Positions 19,658 to 28,791 are shown, numbered from the stretch's first letter. The stretch is 64,000 nucleotides of DNA from Alphaproteobacteria bacterium (GCA_965227515.1 CBDDFZ010000001.1:672001-736000), one strand, 5' to 3'. The notes: generated from the letters alone by a model not told the origin. Numbers and translations are program-made.

Positions 19658-20500
19658 ATGTACGACCGAGAGTGTGTGACCTGGATTGCCCTGGCGGCAT
19701 CGTCCCTGTTGGCGGCCAACGCGGCGGCCCAGGAACCGTGTGGCGGGGTGGAGCAACCCTGCGAGGTCGAGGAGGGCGTCTATCACGTCGCCCTGCCTGA
19801 CGGGGTCGAGAACCCGCCCGCCGTCATCTACTTGCACGGCTATGGCGGCGCGGGCCACAAGACGCTGGCGAAAGAGGCATTCGTCAACCAGTTCACCGAC
19901 CGCGGCTACGCGCTGATCCTGCCGACCGGCCAGCCCGACAAGGCGGAGAACCCGGGGTTGGACTGGGGCGCGCTCGACAATCTGATCCTGCCGCGTGACG
20001 ACGTGGCGTTCCTGCAGGACGTGCGCGCCGACGCGCTGGCGCGCTTCGGCCTCGATCCGGACCGCATCCTGATCGCCGGCTATTCGCGCGGCGGTTCGAT
20101 GGTGTGGGAGATGGCCTGCGAGGCGCCGGACAGCGCGCGCGGCTTCGCGGCATTGGCCGGCACGTTCTGGGAGCCGATGCGGGCCACCTGCGCCGGCCCG
20201 GTCGACCTCCACCACACCCACGGCTTCACCGACCGTACCTTGCCGCTGGAGGGCCGCGTGCTGCCGTTCGCCGGCATGCGCTTCCAGCCGATCGACATCC
20301 TGACCGCGCTCCGGCTGATGACCGGGGTCAACGGGTGCAGCCAGCAGGCGAATACGAGCGACACCGAGGGCGCGTTCTGGGTCAAGTCGTGGACCGACTG
20401 CGCCGCCGGATCGCTGACCCTGGCGCTCTCGCCCGGGGGCCACGGCATGCCGGATGGCTGGGCCAACCTGATCCTGGATTGGTTCGAAACGCTGGAGTAG
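19658..20500 (+). CDS. Exported alpha/beta hydrolase (PHB-depolymerase/LpqC-like esterase)
   Basis: Signal peptide, LHGYG, GYSRGG nucleophile elbow, HGFTD, GGH. Confidence 0.8.
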   Translation: MYDRECVTWIALAASSLLAANAAAQEPCGGVEQPCEVEEGVYHVALPDGVENPPAVIYLHGYGGAGHKTLAKEAFVNQFTDRGYALILPTGQPDKAENPGLDWGALDNLILPRDDVAFLQDVRADALARFGLDPDRILIAGYSRGGSMVWEMACEAPDSARGFAALAGTFWEPMRATCAGPVDLHHTHGFTDRTLPLEGRVLPFAGMRFQPIDILTALRLMTGVNGCSQQANTSDTEGAFWVKSWTDCAAGSLTLALSPGGHGMPDGWANLILDWFETLE

Positions 20501-20513
20501 GCAGCGGCGCGCC

Positions 20514-21284
20514 TTAGCTCACCGGATCGAGGCCGACCGCCGCGCGGCCCTCGTCGGTCTTCAGCGAGAAGTCGGTGCCGAGCCAGTCGTCGGCGCCCGG
20601 CCCGCACAGATAGGCGATGGCGCGCGCCACCCATTCCGGCGGGATGTGCACCGAGAAATCGAGCTGGCTGACCGGGTTGATGCCCGACGCCTTGATCTGC
20701 ACCTGCATCTCGGTCGCCACCGTGCCGGGGCTCAGCCCGACCGCGCGGATGCCCTGGTCGCGGTACTCCTTGTCGACGCAGCGGGTGAGCGACAGCACGC
20801 CGGCCTTGGTGGCGCAATAGTGGCTCCACCCCTCCAGCGCGCCGGTCGCCGCACCCGAGCTGATGTTGATGATGGTGCCGCCGCCGCGCGACACCATCTC
20901 CGGAATCGCGAAACGCAGGCCGTAATAGACGCCCTTCAAGTTGATATCGACCACATGGCTCCATTCGGCCGGGTCGCTGTCGGCCAGCCGCGCCACCGGC
21001 TCGATGACGCCGGCATTGTTGACCAGCACGTCGAGGCGGCCGGTGCGGTCGACGGCTGCTGCCACCAGGTCGCGAACGTCATCGGCGCTGGCGACATCGC
21101 AGGCGACTGCGATGGCACTGCCGCCGCCGGCCCCGATCTCGAGCGCGATCTCGCCGATCCGGCTTTCGGTCCGCGCGGCGAGCACCACGGTCGCGCCTGC
21201 CTCGGCCAGATGGCGGGCGGCGGCCTCGCCGATGCCCCGGCTGGCGCCGGTCACGATGATGGTCTTGCCGGCAATGTCGGTCAT
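20514..21284 (-). CDS. Short-chain dehydrogenase/reductase
   Basis: TGASRGIG, NNAG, YCATK. Confidence 0.92.
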   Translation of the reverse strand: MTDIAGKTIIVTGASRGIGEAAARHLAEAGATVVLAARTESRIGEIALEIGAGGGSAIAVACDVASADDVRDLVAAAVDRTGRLDVLVNNAGVIEPVARLADSDPAEWSHVVDINLKGVYYGLRFAIPEMVSRGGGTIINISSGAATGALEGWSHYCATKAGVLSLTRCVDKEYRDQGIRAVGLSPGTVATEMQVQIKASGINPVSQLDFSVHIPPEWVARAIAYLCGPGADDWLGTDFSLKTDEGRAAVGLDPVS

Positions 21285-21323
21285 GGCGCGGTCCTTCAAC
21301 TGAAAGATGTTCGATAGGGCCGG

Positions 21324-22358
21324 TCAGCCCACGGCGGGGATGATGTCCTCCGCCAGCATGGCGCGCAAGTCGCCGACGTAACCGTCGGAGCGTGCCGGGC
21401 GGTTGGGGTCGGAGGTGATGGCGACGGTCAGTGCCGCGTCAGGCACCACGTAGAGGAGCTGGCCGCCATAGCCCCTTGCGTAGCGCACTTCCGCGCCGCC
21501 CAGCTCGGTCGCGAACCAGCCATAGCCGTACCGGTCGCCGGAATAGGGCGAGCGGGTGCGCGGCTGCCAGCTCGCCTCGATCCAGCCCTCGCTGACCACC
21601 CGCTGGCCGTTCCACACCCCGCCCATGCGCGCCATCTCGCCGAAGCGCCACAGCGCGGTCGGCGCCAGCGCCATGTTGTTGCCGCCCATGTAGAAGCCCT
21701 GCGGGTCGCGGGTCCATGGCGGCACTTGGATCTCCAGCGGCGTGCCCAGCCAGTCGCGGGCCAGCGCCAGCAGGCTCTGACCGGTCACCTGCGACAGCAC
21801 CGCGCCGAGCACGTGGTAGCTGCCGGTGGAATAGAGCATGCGCCCGCCCGGCACGTCGATGAACGGGCGGGTCAGCACATAGCGCACCCAGTTGCCGCTG
21901 CCGACCCAGGCGCCGTAGTTGGGGCCGGAGGTGCGGTCGAGCCCGGCGCGCATGGTCAGCAAATGGTCGACGGTGATGTCCTGGACCAATGGATCGGCAT
22001 CGGCCGGCACCAGGTCGCCCAGCAACGGCGCTACCGGCGTGTCGGGCCCGGCGATCAGGCCACGGTCGATGGCGATGCCGGTCAGGATGGCGACGATGGT
22101 CTTCGACGCCGACTTGACGTTGGCCGGGTAGTCGAGCGACGGGCCGCGAAACGCCTCCGCCGCAACCACCTCGCCGCGATGGCCGACGATCATGCTGTGG
22201 AGCTGGTCGAGGCCGCGGGCGCGTTCGACCGCGCGGGCCAGCACGTCGGTGTCCAGGGCCGGCAGCGCCGCGCGCGCGAGCGGAGCGGCAGCGAGCGTCC
22301 CCGCCGCCGCGGCGCAACCGGCAAGCACGTCCCGCCGGCGAAGTTTCGTTTTTGCCAT
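21324..22358 (-). CDS. Tat-exported serine hydrolase (class C beta-lactamase-like)
   Basis: LRRRDVL twin-arginine signal, SASK (SxxK), LLTMRAG, YST. Confidence 0.85.
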   Translation of the reverse strand: MAKTKLRRRDVLAGCAAAAGTLAAAPLARAALPALDTDVLARAVERARGLDQLHSMIVGHRGEVVAAEAFRGPSLDYPANVKSASKTIVAILTGIAIDRGLIAGPDTPVAPLLGDLVPADADPLVQDITVDHLLTMRAGLDRTSGPNYGAWVGSGNWVRYVLTRPFIDVPGGRMLYSTGSYHVLGAVLSQVTGQSLLALARDWLGTPLEIQVPPWTRDPQGFYMGGNNMALAPTALWRFGEMARMGGVWNGQRVVSEGWIEASWQPRTRSPYSGDRYGYGWFATELGGAEVRYARGYGGQLLYVVPDAALTVAITSDPNRPARSDGYVGDLRAMLAEDIIPAVG

Positions 22359-22511
22359 GACGGCAGAATTGCGCCAGCGCGACCGTGAGATCAACTCATC
22401 GACGCTTCACACCCGCGTCATCTCGCCGACTCGATGAAGACGCCCTTGCCACATGGGTTATGCCATTCACACATCTCGATTGCGGTTGCTCCATTTCTCC
22501 AAAAGACGCTC

Positions 22512-22688
22512 GACTCCCTCGGCCTTGTGCCGAGGGTCCATAGCAACGCCGGACGCGATTGGCGGGCGGGAAGGCATCAACATCTGATGCAGCAACCACT
22601 CCAAGGACAATATCCAGGATCGGTGGCATATCGCCAAACCATTGGAGCGAATGCGAAAATAGGCCCTCGGCACAAGGCCGAGGGCGTC
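22512..22688. repeat. Inverted REP-like hairpin dimer, copy C (177 bp)
   Basis: gactccctcggccttgtgccgagggtccat ... ataggccctcggcacaaggccgagggcgtc. Confidence 0.85.
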
Positions 22689-22697
22689 AACTTTCTA

Positions 22698-22775
22698 GGC
22701 GCGTAGCCTGGGTGAAGCGTAGCGAAACCCGGGTTCCACTTCGTTCCACCCAGGCTACGGGGTTCCATCCAGGCT
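22698..22775 (+). repeat. GTAG-type composite REP, copy 1, interrupted by the IS (last 7 bp at 24205-24211)
   Basis: ggcgcGTAGcctgggtgaagcgtagcgaaacccggg...ggttccatccaggCT; colinear with 24808-24892. Confidence 0.9.
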
Positions 22776-22799
22776 TCTGTAACGGACCGTTGTTGGTCA

Positions 22800-23040
22800 A
22801 TCCCTTTTTCGTCGTCCCGGCGCCTGGGTCATGCTTCTGTACGGGGTCGGCGCAGGGCCGCCGCCAAGATGGATATGCGAGGATCGGTCGGTCCAATCTA
22901 CGGAAGCGTGCTCTCGTGCGAGGCGACATCCTGGATGGCGGCCTGACCTGATCCATCGTCCCGGCGCGGGACGGCGCTTGACGGGCCGGTGTCAGCGCCC
23001 GCCGAAGCTCGTGTGTTGGTTCTCCCTATGCGGCGGTCGT
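22800..23040 (-). ncRNA. Putative bridge/seek RNA in the downstream non-coding end of the IS (boundaries approximate)
   Basis: Target-matching segments at 22930-22938 and 22898-22905 and donor-matching segments at 22866-22872 and 22834-22841, each pair separated by a hairpin. Confidence 0.8.
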
Positions 23041-23048
23041 CTTTGCCA

Positions 23049-24092
23049 TTAGGCCGCGGCCATCGCCGGGCGCACCGGTCCGGCATGGTTGAACACGGTG
23101 CCGTCAACCCACATCCGGTGCATGATCACGGCCAGCCGGCGCGCCAGGGCCACCTTCGCCTTCCTCATGCCGGCTCGCCTGGCCAGCTTCATCGCCCAGC
23201 TCTTCAACCACCCGCCCTTGATCGGCCGGGTCAGGATCACGTGCGCCGCCTCGTAAAGCGCTGCACGCACGTCCGCATCGCCCACCTTCGAGATCCGCCC
23301 CGTCATCTCGCTCTCGCCCGACTGGCGCTTGGTCGGCGTCAGACCGAAGTGCGCCCCCACCAGGCGCGACGACGCAAACCGCCCAGGGTCGTCCACCCCC
23401 GACAAGTAGGTCAGACCGACAATCTCCCCCACCCCCGGCACCGTCATCAGCAGACGCACCCGAGCGTCCGCCTGCGATGCCGCTCGGACCTGCCGGTCCA
23501 GCGCCGTGAACGAATGCAGCAACCCATCTCGTGCCGCCAGCAACGCACCCGCCACCGCCTCCAAGACAGGATGCCCAGACACCAATGTCGCAATACGCGC
23601 GGCAAAGCGGCGCCGCGTCGTGGGCCCTACCTTCAGCCCGAAGTTCCGCAGCTGACCGCGAAGGTGCATCTCAAGGTCGTGCAGTTTGCAGCGAAGCTGA
23701 TCGCGCCCCTTCAAGAGCGCGCGCATCTCCTGAGCCGCCAAAGACTTGCAATGAACAGGCCGAAACCAACCCACACGCATCATCTGAGCAATCCCACGCG
23801 CGTCCGAGCGATCCGACTTCACCGGCATCGTCGAAAGCGCTCGCGCAACGTGACGCGTCTCCAGCAACTCAACCGAAAGACCACCCTGCGCGCACTCCCG
23901 CACAAGCCATTGCGACAATGGACCCGCCTCAAGACCAATCCGCTCAACCGAAAAACCCAGACCCTCAAACCAAGCCAATAAACCCGAAGGCGTGCTCGCA
24001 ATACGAGCCTCGCAGACAATCCCGCCCGCGCCGTCAACAACGCACACCGATGACCATTCCAAAGAAACGTCAATCCCGGCATAGTAGTTCAT
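23049..24092 (-). CDS. IS110-family DEDD recombinase/transposase
   Basis: YAGIDVS, GLEAG, KSDRSDA (DEDD); LMTVPGVG, FGLTP..RQSGE catalytic Ser, GRISKVG. Confidence 0.96.
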   Translation of the reverse strand: MNYYAGIDVSLEWSSVCVVDGAGGIVCEARIASTPSGLLAWFEGLGFSVERIGLEAGPLSQWLVRECAQGGLSVELLETRHVARALSTMPVKSDRSDARGIAQMMRVGWFRPVHCKSLAAQEMRALLKGRDQLRCKLHDLEMHLRGQLRNFGLKVGPTTRRRFAARIATLVSGHPVLEAVAGALLAARDGLLHSFTALDRQVRAASQADARVRLLMTVPGVGEIVGLTYLSGVDDPGRFASSRLVGAHFGLTPTKRQSGESEMTGRISKVGDADVRAALYEAAHVILTRPIKGGWLKSWAMKLARRAGMRKAKVALARRLAVIMHRMWVDGTVFNHAGPVRPAMAAA

Positions 24093-24210
24093 GGTCGTCT
24101 CTCCTCGATGTCTTGGAGCGGCAAACCCGACTCCGTGTATGACACCGACATCTTGAGGGACGACCACTCAACTCAGCCAAAAAAACAGGACCGTTAGCCC
24201 ATCTACGGGA

Positions 24211-24699
24211 TTAGGCCGCTTTCTTGTTCAGAGTCACCTCGGCCAGCGAGGTCAGCTCGCGGTCGACATCGTATTCGTTGTCCAGGTTCTGCTGCAGCAG
24301 GGTCTTGGCGGTGTCGTTACCCAGCAAGTCGGCCCATGAGACCAGCGTGCCGTAGCGCGCGATGCCATAGTGCTTGGCGGCCTGCAGCGCGGCCACGATG
24401 GCGGCGTCCATCGCCTGGTCGTCGTCGCAATCGGCGATGATTTCGTCGGTCTCGTCGATGATGCCGTTGATCGCCGGACAGGTCTCGCCGCGCGGCTTCA
24501 GGTCGATGGTCTCGAACACGCTTTCCAGGCGCTCGACCTTCTTGTCGACCTCGTCGCCGTGGGTGTTCAGGAAGTTGGTCAGCGTGTCGAAATTGGCCTT
24601 GGCCTGCATCTTCGGCATCGTCGTGCGCATGCGCTTCTCGGCGTAGTAGATGTCGCGCAGGAAGTGCTTGAACAGGTCGTCGAGCGAAGTCATTGCCAT
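24211..24699 (-). CDS. DUF892/YciF ferritin-like stress protein
   Basis: LRDIYYAEK, CPAINGII.E, HYGIARYGTL..WA; GGAGG RBS. Confidence 0.9.
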   Translation of the reverse strand: MAMTSLDDLFKHFLRDIYYAEKRMRTTMPKMQAKANFDTLTNFLNTHGDEVDKKVERLESVFETIDLKPRGETCPAINGIIDETDEIIADCDDDQAMDAAIVAALQAAKHYGIARYGTLVSWADLLGNDTAKTLLQQNLDNEYDVDRELTSLAEVTLNKKAA

Positions 24700-24773
24700 G
24701 TCGTCCTCCGGAGCGTTCCGGGAGCCGGCGCACCAGGACGCGACAACGCTCCCGTTGTTGGGGTCAATCCCAC

Positions 24774-24798
24774 AACGGAGGAAAGGCTCGAAGGTTCC
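24774..24798 (-). promoter_or_regulatory. EcfG/sigmaT (general stress response) promoter
   Basis: Minus strand GGAAC-cttcgagcctttcctc(16)-CGTT, matching the consensus, upstream of DUF892. Confidence 0.75.
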
Positions 24799-24807
24799 GG
24801 CTGTACC

Positions 24808-24892
24808 GGCGCGTAGCCCGGGTGAAGCGCAGCGAAACCCGGGTTCCATTTCGTTCCACGCAGGCTACCGGGTTCCACCCGGGCTACGGGAT
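24808..24892 (+). repeat. GTAG-type composite REP, copy 2 (intact, 85 bp)
   Basis: ggcgcGTAGcccgggtgaagcgcagcgaaacccggg...ggttccacccgggCTacgggat. Confidence 0.9.
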
Positions 24893-24907
24893 CGACAAGT
24901 CCCTGAT

Positions 24908-25501
24908 CTAGTGCTCCCGGGGCGCGTGCTTGTTCAGGATGCGCTGCAGGGTGCGGCGGTGCATGTTCAGGCGCCGCGCCGTTTCCGAGACGTTGCGGTC
25001 GCACTGCTCGAACACGCGCTGGATGTGCTCCCAGCGCACGCGGTCGGCCGACATCGGGTTTTCCGGCGGCGGCGGCAGCGAGCCCTCGTGCGCGGTGAGC
25101 GCGGCGGCCACCTGGTCGGCGTCGGCGGGCTTGGGCAGATAGTCGACCGCGCCGGCCTTGATCGCGCTGACCGCGGTGGCGATGTTGCCGTACCCGGTCA
25201 GCATGACGATGCGGCAGTCCGGGCGCGCGTCGCGCAGCACCGGCACGATGGACAGGCCATTGCCGTCCTCCAGCCGCATGTCGATGACCGCGAAGGCGGG
25301 TGGCTTGACTGCAATCGCCTCCATCGACTCCGCCACCGACGCCGTGCCGACCACGGTGAAGCCGCGCTTCTCCATCGCCCGGCTCAGGCGGTTGCGTAGC
25401 GGCGCATCGTCGTCGACGATCAACAGATGGCGGTCGTCGGCGGCGTTGGGACCCGCATTGGTTGTGTGGGGTGACGATCCGCCGGGTGGCGTTGTTGTCA
25501 T
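24908..25501 (-). CDS. regA: Redox response regulator RegA/PrrA/ActR
   Basis: Receiver domain plus PPENPMSADRVRWEHIQRVFEQCDRNVSETARRLNMHRRTLQRIL. Confidence 0.96.
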   Translation of the reverse strand: MTTTPPGGSSPHTTNAGPNAADDRHLLIVDDDAPLRNRLSRAMEKRGFTVVGTASVAESMEAIAVKPPAFAVIDMRLEDGNGLSIVPVLRDARPDCRIVMLTGYGNIATAVSAIKAGAVDYLPKPADADQVAAALTAHEGSLPPPPENPMSADRVRWEHIQRVFEQCDRNVSETARRLNMHRRTLQRILNKHAPREH

Positions 25502-26973
25502 ATCCGGCTGCCTCCGGTTGGGCTGGCATTGGGCGCCACGTTCGCGGCCGCCCCTGTTGTGATCGCCCCTGTTGTGATCATTGACAATTGTTCGGGGGAC
25601 CAGGTGATGGTGACCGCGGCACCACCTCCTAATTCGCGCGGAACGTTGCCATAAGTCAACTCGGCACCGGTTCGGGCGAGCAGGGTTTCGGCGATGAACA
25701 CGCCCAATCCCATGTGTCCGGTGCGTACCCGCTTGCCGCCGCGATGGGTGGCCCGCCGGCTGGACACATAGGGCTCGCCGAGCCGGCCCAGGATGGACGG
25801 CGCGAAGCCCGGCCCGTCGTCGGACAGCACCACGCTGACCGATTTCGGGGTCCAGCTTGCGGTCAGCGTCACATTGGTGCGGGCAAACTGCACGGCGTTC
25901 TCGATCAGCGTGCCGAGGCCCTGGCGCAGTTCGGCGGAGTTGGCGGCGATCGGCTCCTCGCCCTCGCTGTCCTCGCACACCACCTCCACCGTGACCGTCT
26001 CGTGCTCGTGCGCCATCGCGATGTCGTTGAGCAGGGTGCTCAGGGGCAGGCGGGCAAACGTGGTGTCGGTGCCGGTGGTGGAGTCCAGAGGGCGGGTGGA
26101 CAAGCCGGTCAGGATCTCGCGGCAGCGGTCGGTCTGGCTCAGCAGCAGGGTGATGTCCTCGCGCAGCGGCCCTTCCGCCGGCAGATCGTCCTTCAGCTCG
26201 TTGGCGACCACCGCGATGGTGGCGAGCGGAGAGCCCAGCTCGTGCGCCGCCGCGGCCGCCAGCGCGCCGACCGCCGACCGGCGCTGTTCGCGCGACAGGG
26301 CGACCTGGGTCACCGCCAGCGCGTCGCTGATGCGGCGCCCCTCCTCCGCCACCCGGCCGACATAGACCGCGATGAAGGCGGCGCTGATGCACACCGCCGT
26401 CCACAGCCCCAACAGATAGATCGACGGCACCGAGAAGCCCATTTCGTCGGGCAGCGGTAGCGGTTCGTGGAAAAAGGCGATGAAGCTCATGCACAGGATC
26501 GCGAGCAGCATCAACGCGACAGTGATCCAGCGCGACAGGATGGAGGCGGAGATCACCACCGGCGCGATCACCAGGAACACGAACGGGTTCTCGATCCCGC
26601 CGGTCAGGTAGAGGAGGGCCGTGAGCTGGATGATGTCGTAGCCCAGCATGAACGCGGCATCGCGGTCCGAGACCCGCGGCAATGTCGGCCCGAACAGCTG
26701 CACCGCCACGTTGAGCACCACCGACGAGGCGATCACCAGCATGGCGGCGATGATCGGCAGTTCGTAGCCGAAGCCATAGCGCACCACCAGGACCGCCGCG
26801 AACTGGCCGGCGATCGCGCCCCACCGGATCAGGACCAGGGTGCGCAGGCTGACCGGCGCCGGGGTTTCGCCGTGCATCTCCGGCGGCACCGCGCGCACGA
26901 CGCGGCCCTCCAGGCTCTCCCGCGCCGGGGTGGGCGGGTCGTTCTGTGCTCCCGCGGTTGCGGTCGCCGTCAT
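25498..26973 (-). CDS. regB: Sensor histidine kinase RegB/PrrB/ActS
   Basis: TGGIENPF quinone-binding motif, AAHELGSPL, DRCREIL redox Cys, DDGPGF, GMGLG-like G2 box. Confidence 0.95.
   Translation of the reverse strand: MTATATAGAQNDPPTPARESLEGRVVRAVPPEMHGETPAPVSLRTLVLIRWGAIAGQFAAVLVVRYGFGYELPIIAAMLVIASSVVLNVAVQLFGPTLPRVSDRDAAFMLGYDIIQLTALLYLTGGIENPFVFLVIAPVVISASILSRWITVALMLLAILCMSFIAFFHEPLPLPDEMGFSVPSIYLLGLWTAVCISAAFIAVYVGRVAEEGRRISDALAVTQVALSREQRRSAVGALAAAAAHELGSPLATIAVVANELKDDLPAEGPLREDITLLLSQTDRCREILTGLSTRPLDSTTGTDTTFARLPLSTLLNDIAMAHEHETVTVEVVCEDSEGEEPIAANSAELRQGLGTLIENAVQFARTNVTLTASWTPKSVSVVLSDDGPGFAPSILGRLGEPYVSSRRATHRGGKRVRTGHMGLGVFIAETLLARTGAELTYGNVPRELGGGAAVTITWSPEQLSMITTGAITTGAAANVAPNASPTGGSRI
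25550..25579. repeat. Perfect 15-bp tandem duplication in the regB 3' tail (ITTGA x2)
   Basis: gcccctgttgtgatc x2. Confidence 0.85.
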
Positions 26974-27243
26974 TCGGGACTCCAGCGCTCTGTCCTGCAC
27001 AATCCTGGGTGCGCGCAAGGTTTGCGCCGATTTGGCCCCGAAAGGCAAGCGTGCCGGCGCCAATCGTGCCGCGTCGTGCTGCCAGTCTGGACGGAAAAGC
27101 GTATACTTCTGGCCAACCGAGTCGCGCCGTCGTGCGGGGGCATGGCAGTTCACTTGCCGAGCGATTGATAAGTAGCTCGGCCCATGGGGTGATGGAACTG
27201 GGCGGCGGTCTCTGGCAACCCTTAACGCGGTTGGAGATCCAAC

Positions 27244-27942
27244 ATGCTGAAGACACTGCACGCCATCACCCTGGCCGCAGGCTTGGCCCTCGTCGCCGCC
27301 TTGGCGCCGGCACCGGCCGACGCCCAGGGCTATTCCGACGAGCAGCAGCTGGTCGACGAGGCGGCGCTCACCCTGCACACCCTGCTCAACGACCCGAATT
27401 TGCGGCCGCTGCGCCAGTTCATCAAGGACGCGCGCGCGGTGCTGATCGTGCCCGAGCTGCTGAAAGGCGGTTTCGTGTTGGGCGCGGAAGGCGGCAACGG
27501 GGTGTTCCTGGTCCGCGGCGCCAACAACACGTGGAGCGATCCGGCCTTCTACACCCTGGGCGCGGGCAGCATCGGCCTCCAGATCGGGTTCGAGGCCAAG
27601 GAAGTGGTGTTCACCATCATGAACGATGGTGCGGTGATGTCGATCCTGGACGACCAGGCCAAGCTGGGCGTCGACCTGAGCGGCGCGATCGGCCCGATCG
27701 GCGCCGGCCTGGAAGTGGCGACCACGACCAACTTCGACCAGGACATCTTCGCGTTTTCCAACGGTGTCGGCCTGTTTGCCGGCGGCGCGTTCGAGGGCGC
27801 GGTGATCGCCCGTCGCGACGACATGAACGAGGCGTATTACGGCCCCGGCGCCAACGCCTACACCATCACCCAGCAGTGGCTGCATACCAACCCGGGGTCG
27901 TCGGGACTGCGCTCGATCCTGGCGCTGACTGCGATGAACTGA
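27244..27942 (+). CDS. Exported SYLF/Ysc84 lipid-binding domain protein
   Basis: Signal peptide; KGGFVLGAEGGNGV, WSDPAF, SIGLQIG, GLFAG, NEAYYG. Confidence 0.85.
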   Translation: MLKTLHAITLAAGLALVAALAPAPADAQGYSDEQQLVDEAALTLHTLLNDPNLRPLRQFIKDARAVLIVPELLKGGFVLGAEGGNGVFLVRGANNTWSDPAFYTLGAGSIGLQIGFEAKEVVFTIMNDGAVMSILDDQAKLGVDLSGAIGPIGAGLEVATTTNFDQDIFAFSNGVGLFAGGAFEGAVIARRDDMNEAYYGPGANAYTITQQWLHTNPGSSGLRSILALTAMN

Positions 27943-28113
27943 CGGTTGCGCGGGCTGCAAGCCGCCCGCGCCTCGCAGCAGCGGGCCACCCAAGGCATGC
28001 GTGCGCGCGGTCCAGGTGAGCCCGATTTTTAGCGTCGTGCTCGCGCCCGTTTACCTGCCATTTAGCGATCTTGGCTAGGCTCGCACCGAGATGAGCCTCA
28101 TCCGTGTGTCGCC

Positions 28114-28668
28114 ATGAGCCAGAAACCGCCGCCCCGCCCTATCGACGAGGAACGCCGACAGCAAGTGCTGAACGGCCTGTCGTTGCTCGACACCGAGCAG
28201 ACGCCGGAATTCGATCGCGTGGTTTGGCTTGCGAAGCGATTTTTTCGAACGAAAATCGCGCTGATCTCCCTGATAGACAACGATCGTCAGTGGTTTCTCG
28301 CGGCCGATGGCCTCAGCCAACGCCAAACGCCGCGGGACCACGCGTTTTGCGCTCACGCCATCATGTCCGAAGAGGCGCTGGTCGTGCTCGATGCCGCGCA
28401 GGACGCGCGTTTTGCCGGCAATCCGCTGGTCGTTGGGCCGCCGCACATCCGGTTCTACGCCGGCGTGCCGATCAAGATCGACGGTGCGACGCTCGGCACG
28501 CTGTGCGTCATCGACGACCAGCCTCGGCAGGACCCGAGCGCGGAGGATCTGGCCATTCTGGTCGAGCTGGCGCACGTGCTCGAGGATGAAATCAACCTGT
28601 GGCGGCACGGGCGCAGGACGGTCGTGGCGCTGGAACGCGAGCTGCGCGAGGCCAGGAAACGCGCGTAG
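28114..28668 (+). CDS. Stand-alone GAF domain protein
   Basis: LLDT..FDR, ISLID..RQWF, FCAHAI, DARF..NPLV..PHIRFYAGVPI, GTLCVID. Confidence 0.85.
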   Translation: MSQKPPPRPIDEERRQQVLNGLSLLDTEQTPEFDRVVWLAKRFFRTKIALISLIDNDRQWFLAADGLSQRQTPRDHAFCAHAIMSEEALVVLDAAQDARFAGNPLVVGPPHIRFYAGVPIKIDGATLGTLCVIDDQPRQDPSAEDLAILVELAHVLEDEINLWRHGRRTVVALERELREARKRA

Positions 28669-28756
28669 GCTGTTGTTGCCGCGAAGGCGCGACGTCGCGC
28701 CCTCCCGAGCCACCATCCGCAAACCCTGCCCAAGGCCGCATGGTCCGCTCGCGCGG

Positions 28757-28791
28757 CGCCCCACCCCAAGTGACGCCCCACCCCAAGTGAC
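28757..28791. repeat. 17-bp tandem repeat upstream of dppA
   Basis: cgccccaccccaagtga x2. Confidence 0.85.

Larger units (their letters stand above)
22776..24204 (-). mobile_element. IS110-family, IS1111-type insertion sequence (1429 bp including one CT core)
   Basis: Sub-terminal IRs TAACGGACC (22780-22788) and GGACCGTTA (24188-24196) lie 4 and 6 nt inside CT cores at 22774-5 and 24203-4; removal restores the REP. Confidence 0.92.

Noticed and set aside
22698-24892. Composite transposon in which the IS carries DUF892
   Set aside because: IS ends are defined at 22776/24204 by sub-terminal IRs and CT cores; DUF892 lies outside the IS
22698-24892. Integron attC array
   Set aside because: No integron integrase, and the repeats are GTAG-REP-like without RYYYAAC/GTTRRRY ends
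24908-27993. Apparent 782-aa and 831-aa RegA/RegB fusion ORFs, and similarly extended ORFs at 6716-8332, 11182-13299, 18473-20443, 31107-32621 and 54153-55970
   Set aside because: The upstream extensions are off-frame readings of neighbouring genes; true starts lie downstream at domain boundaries
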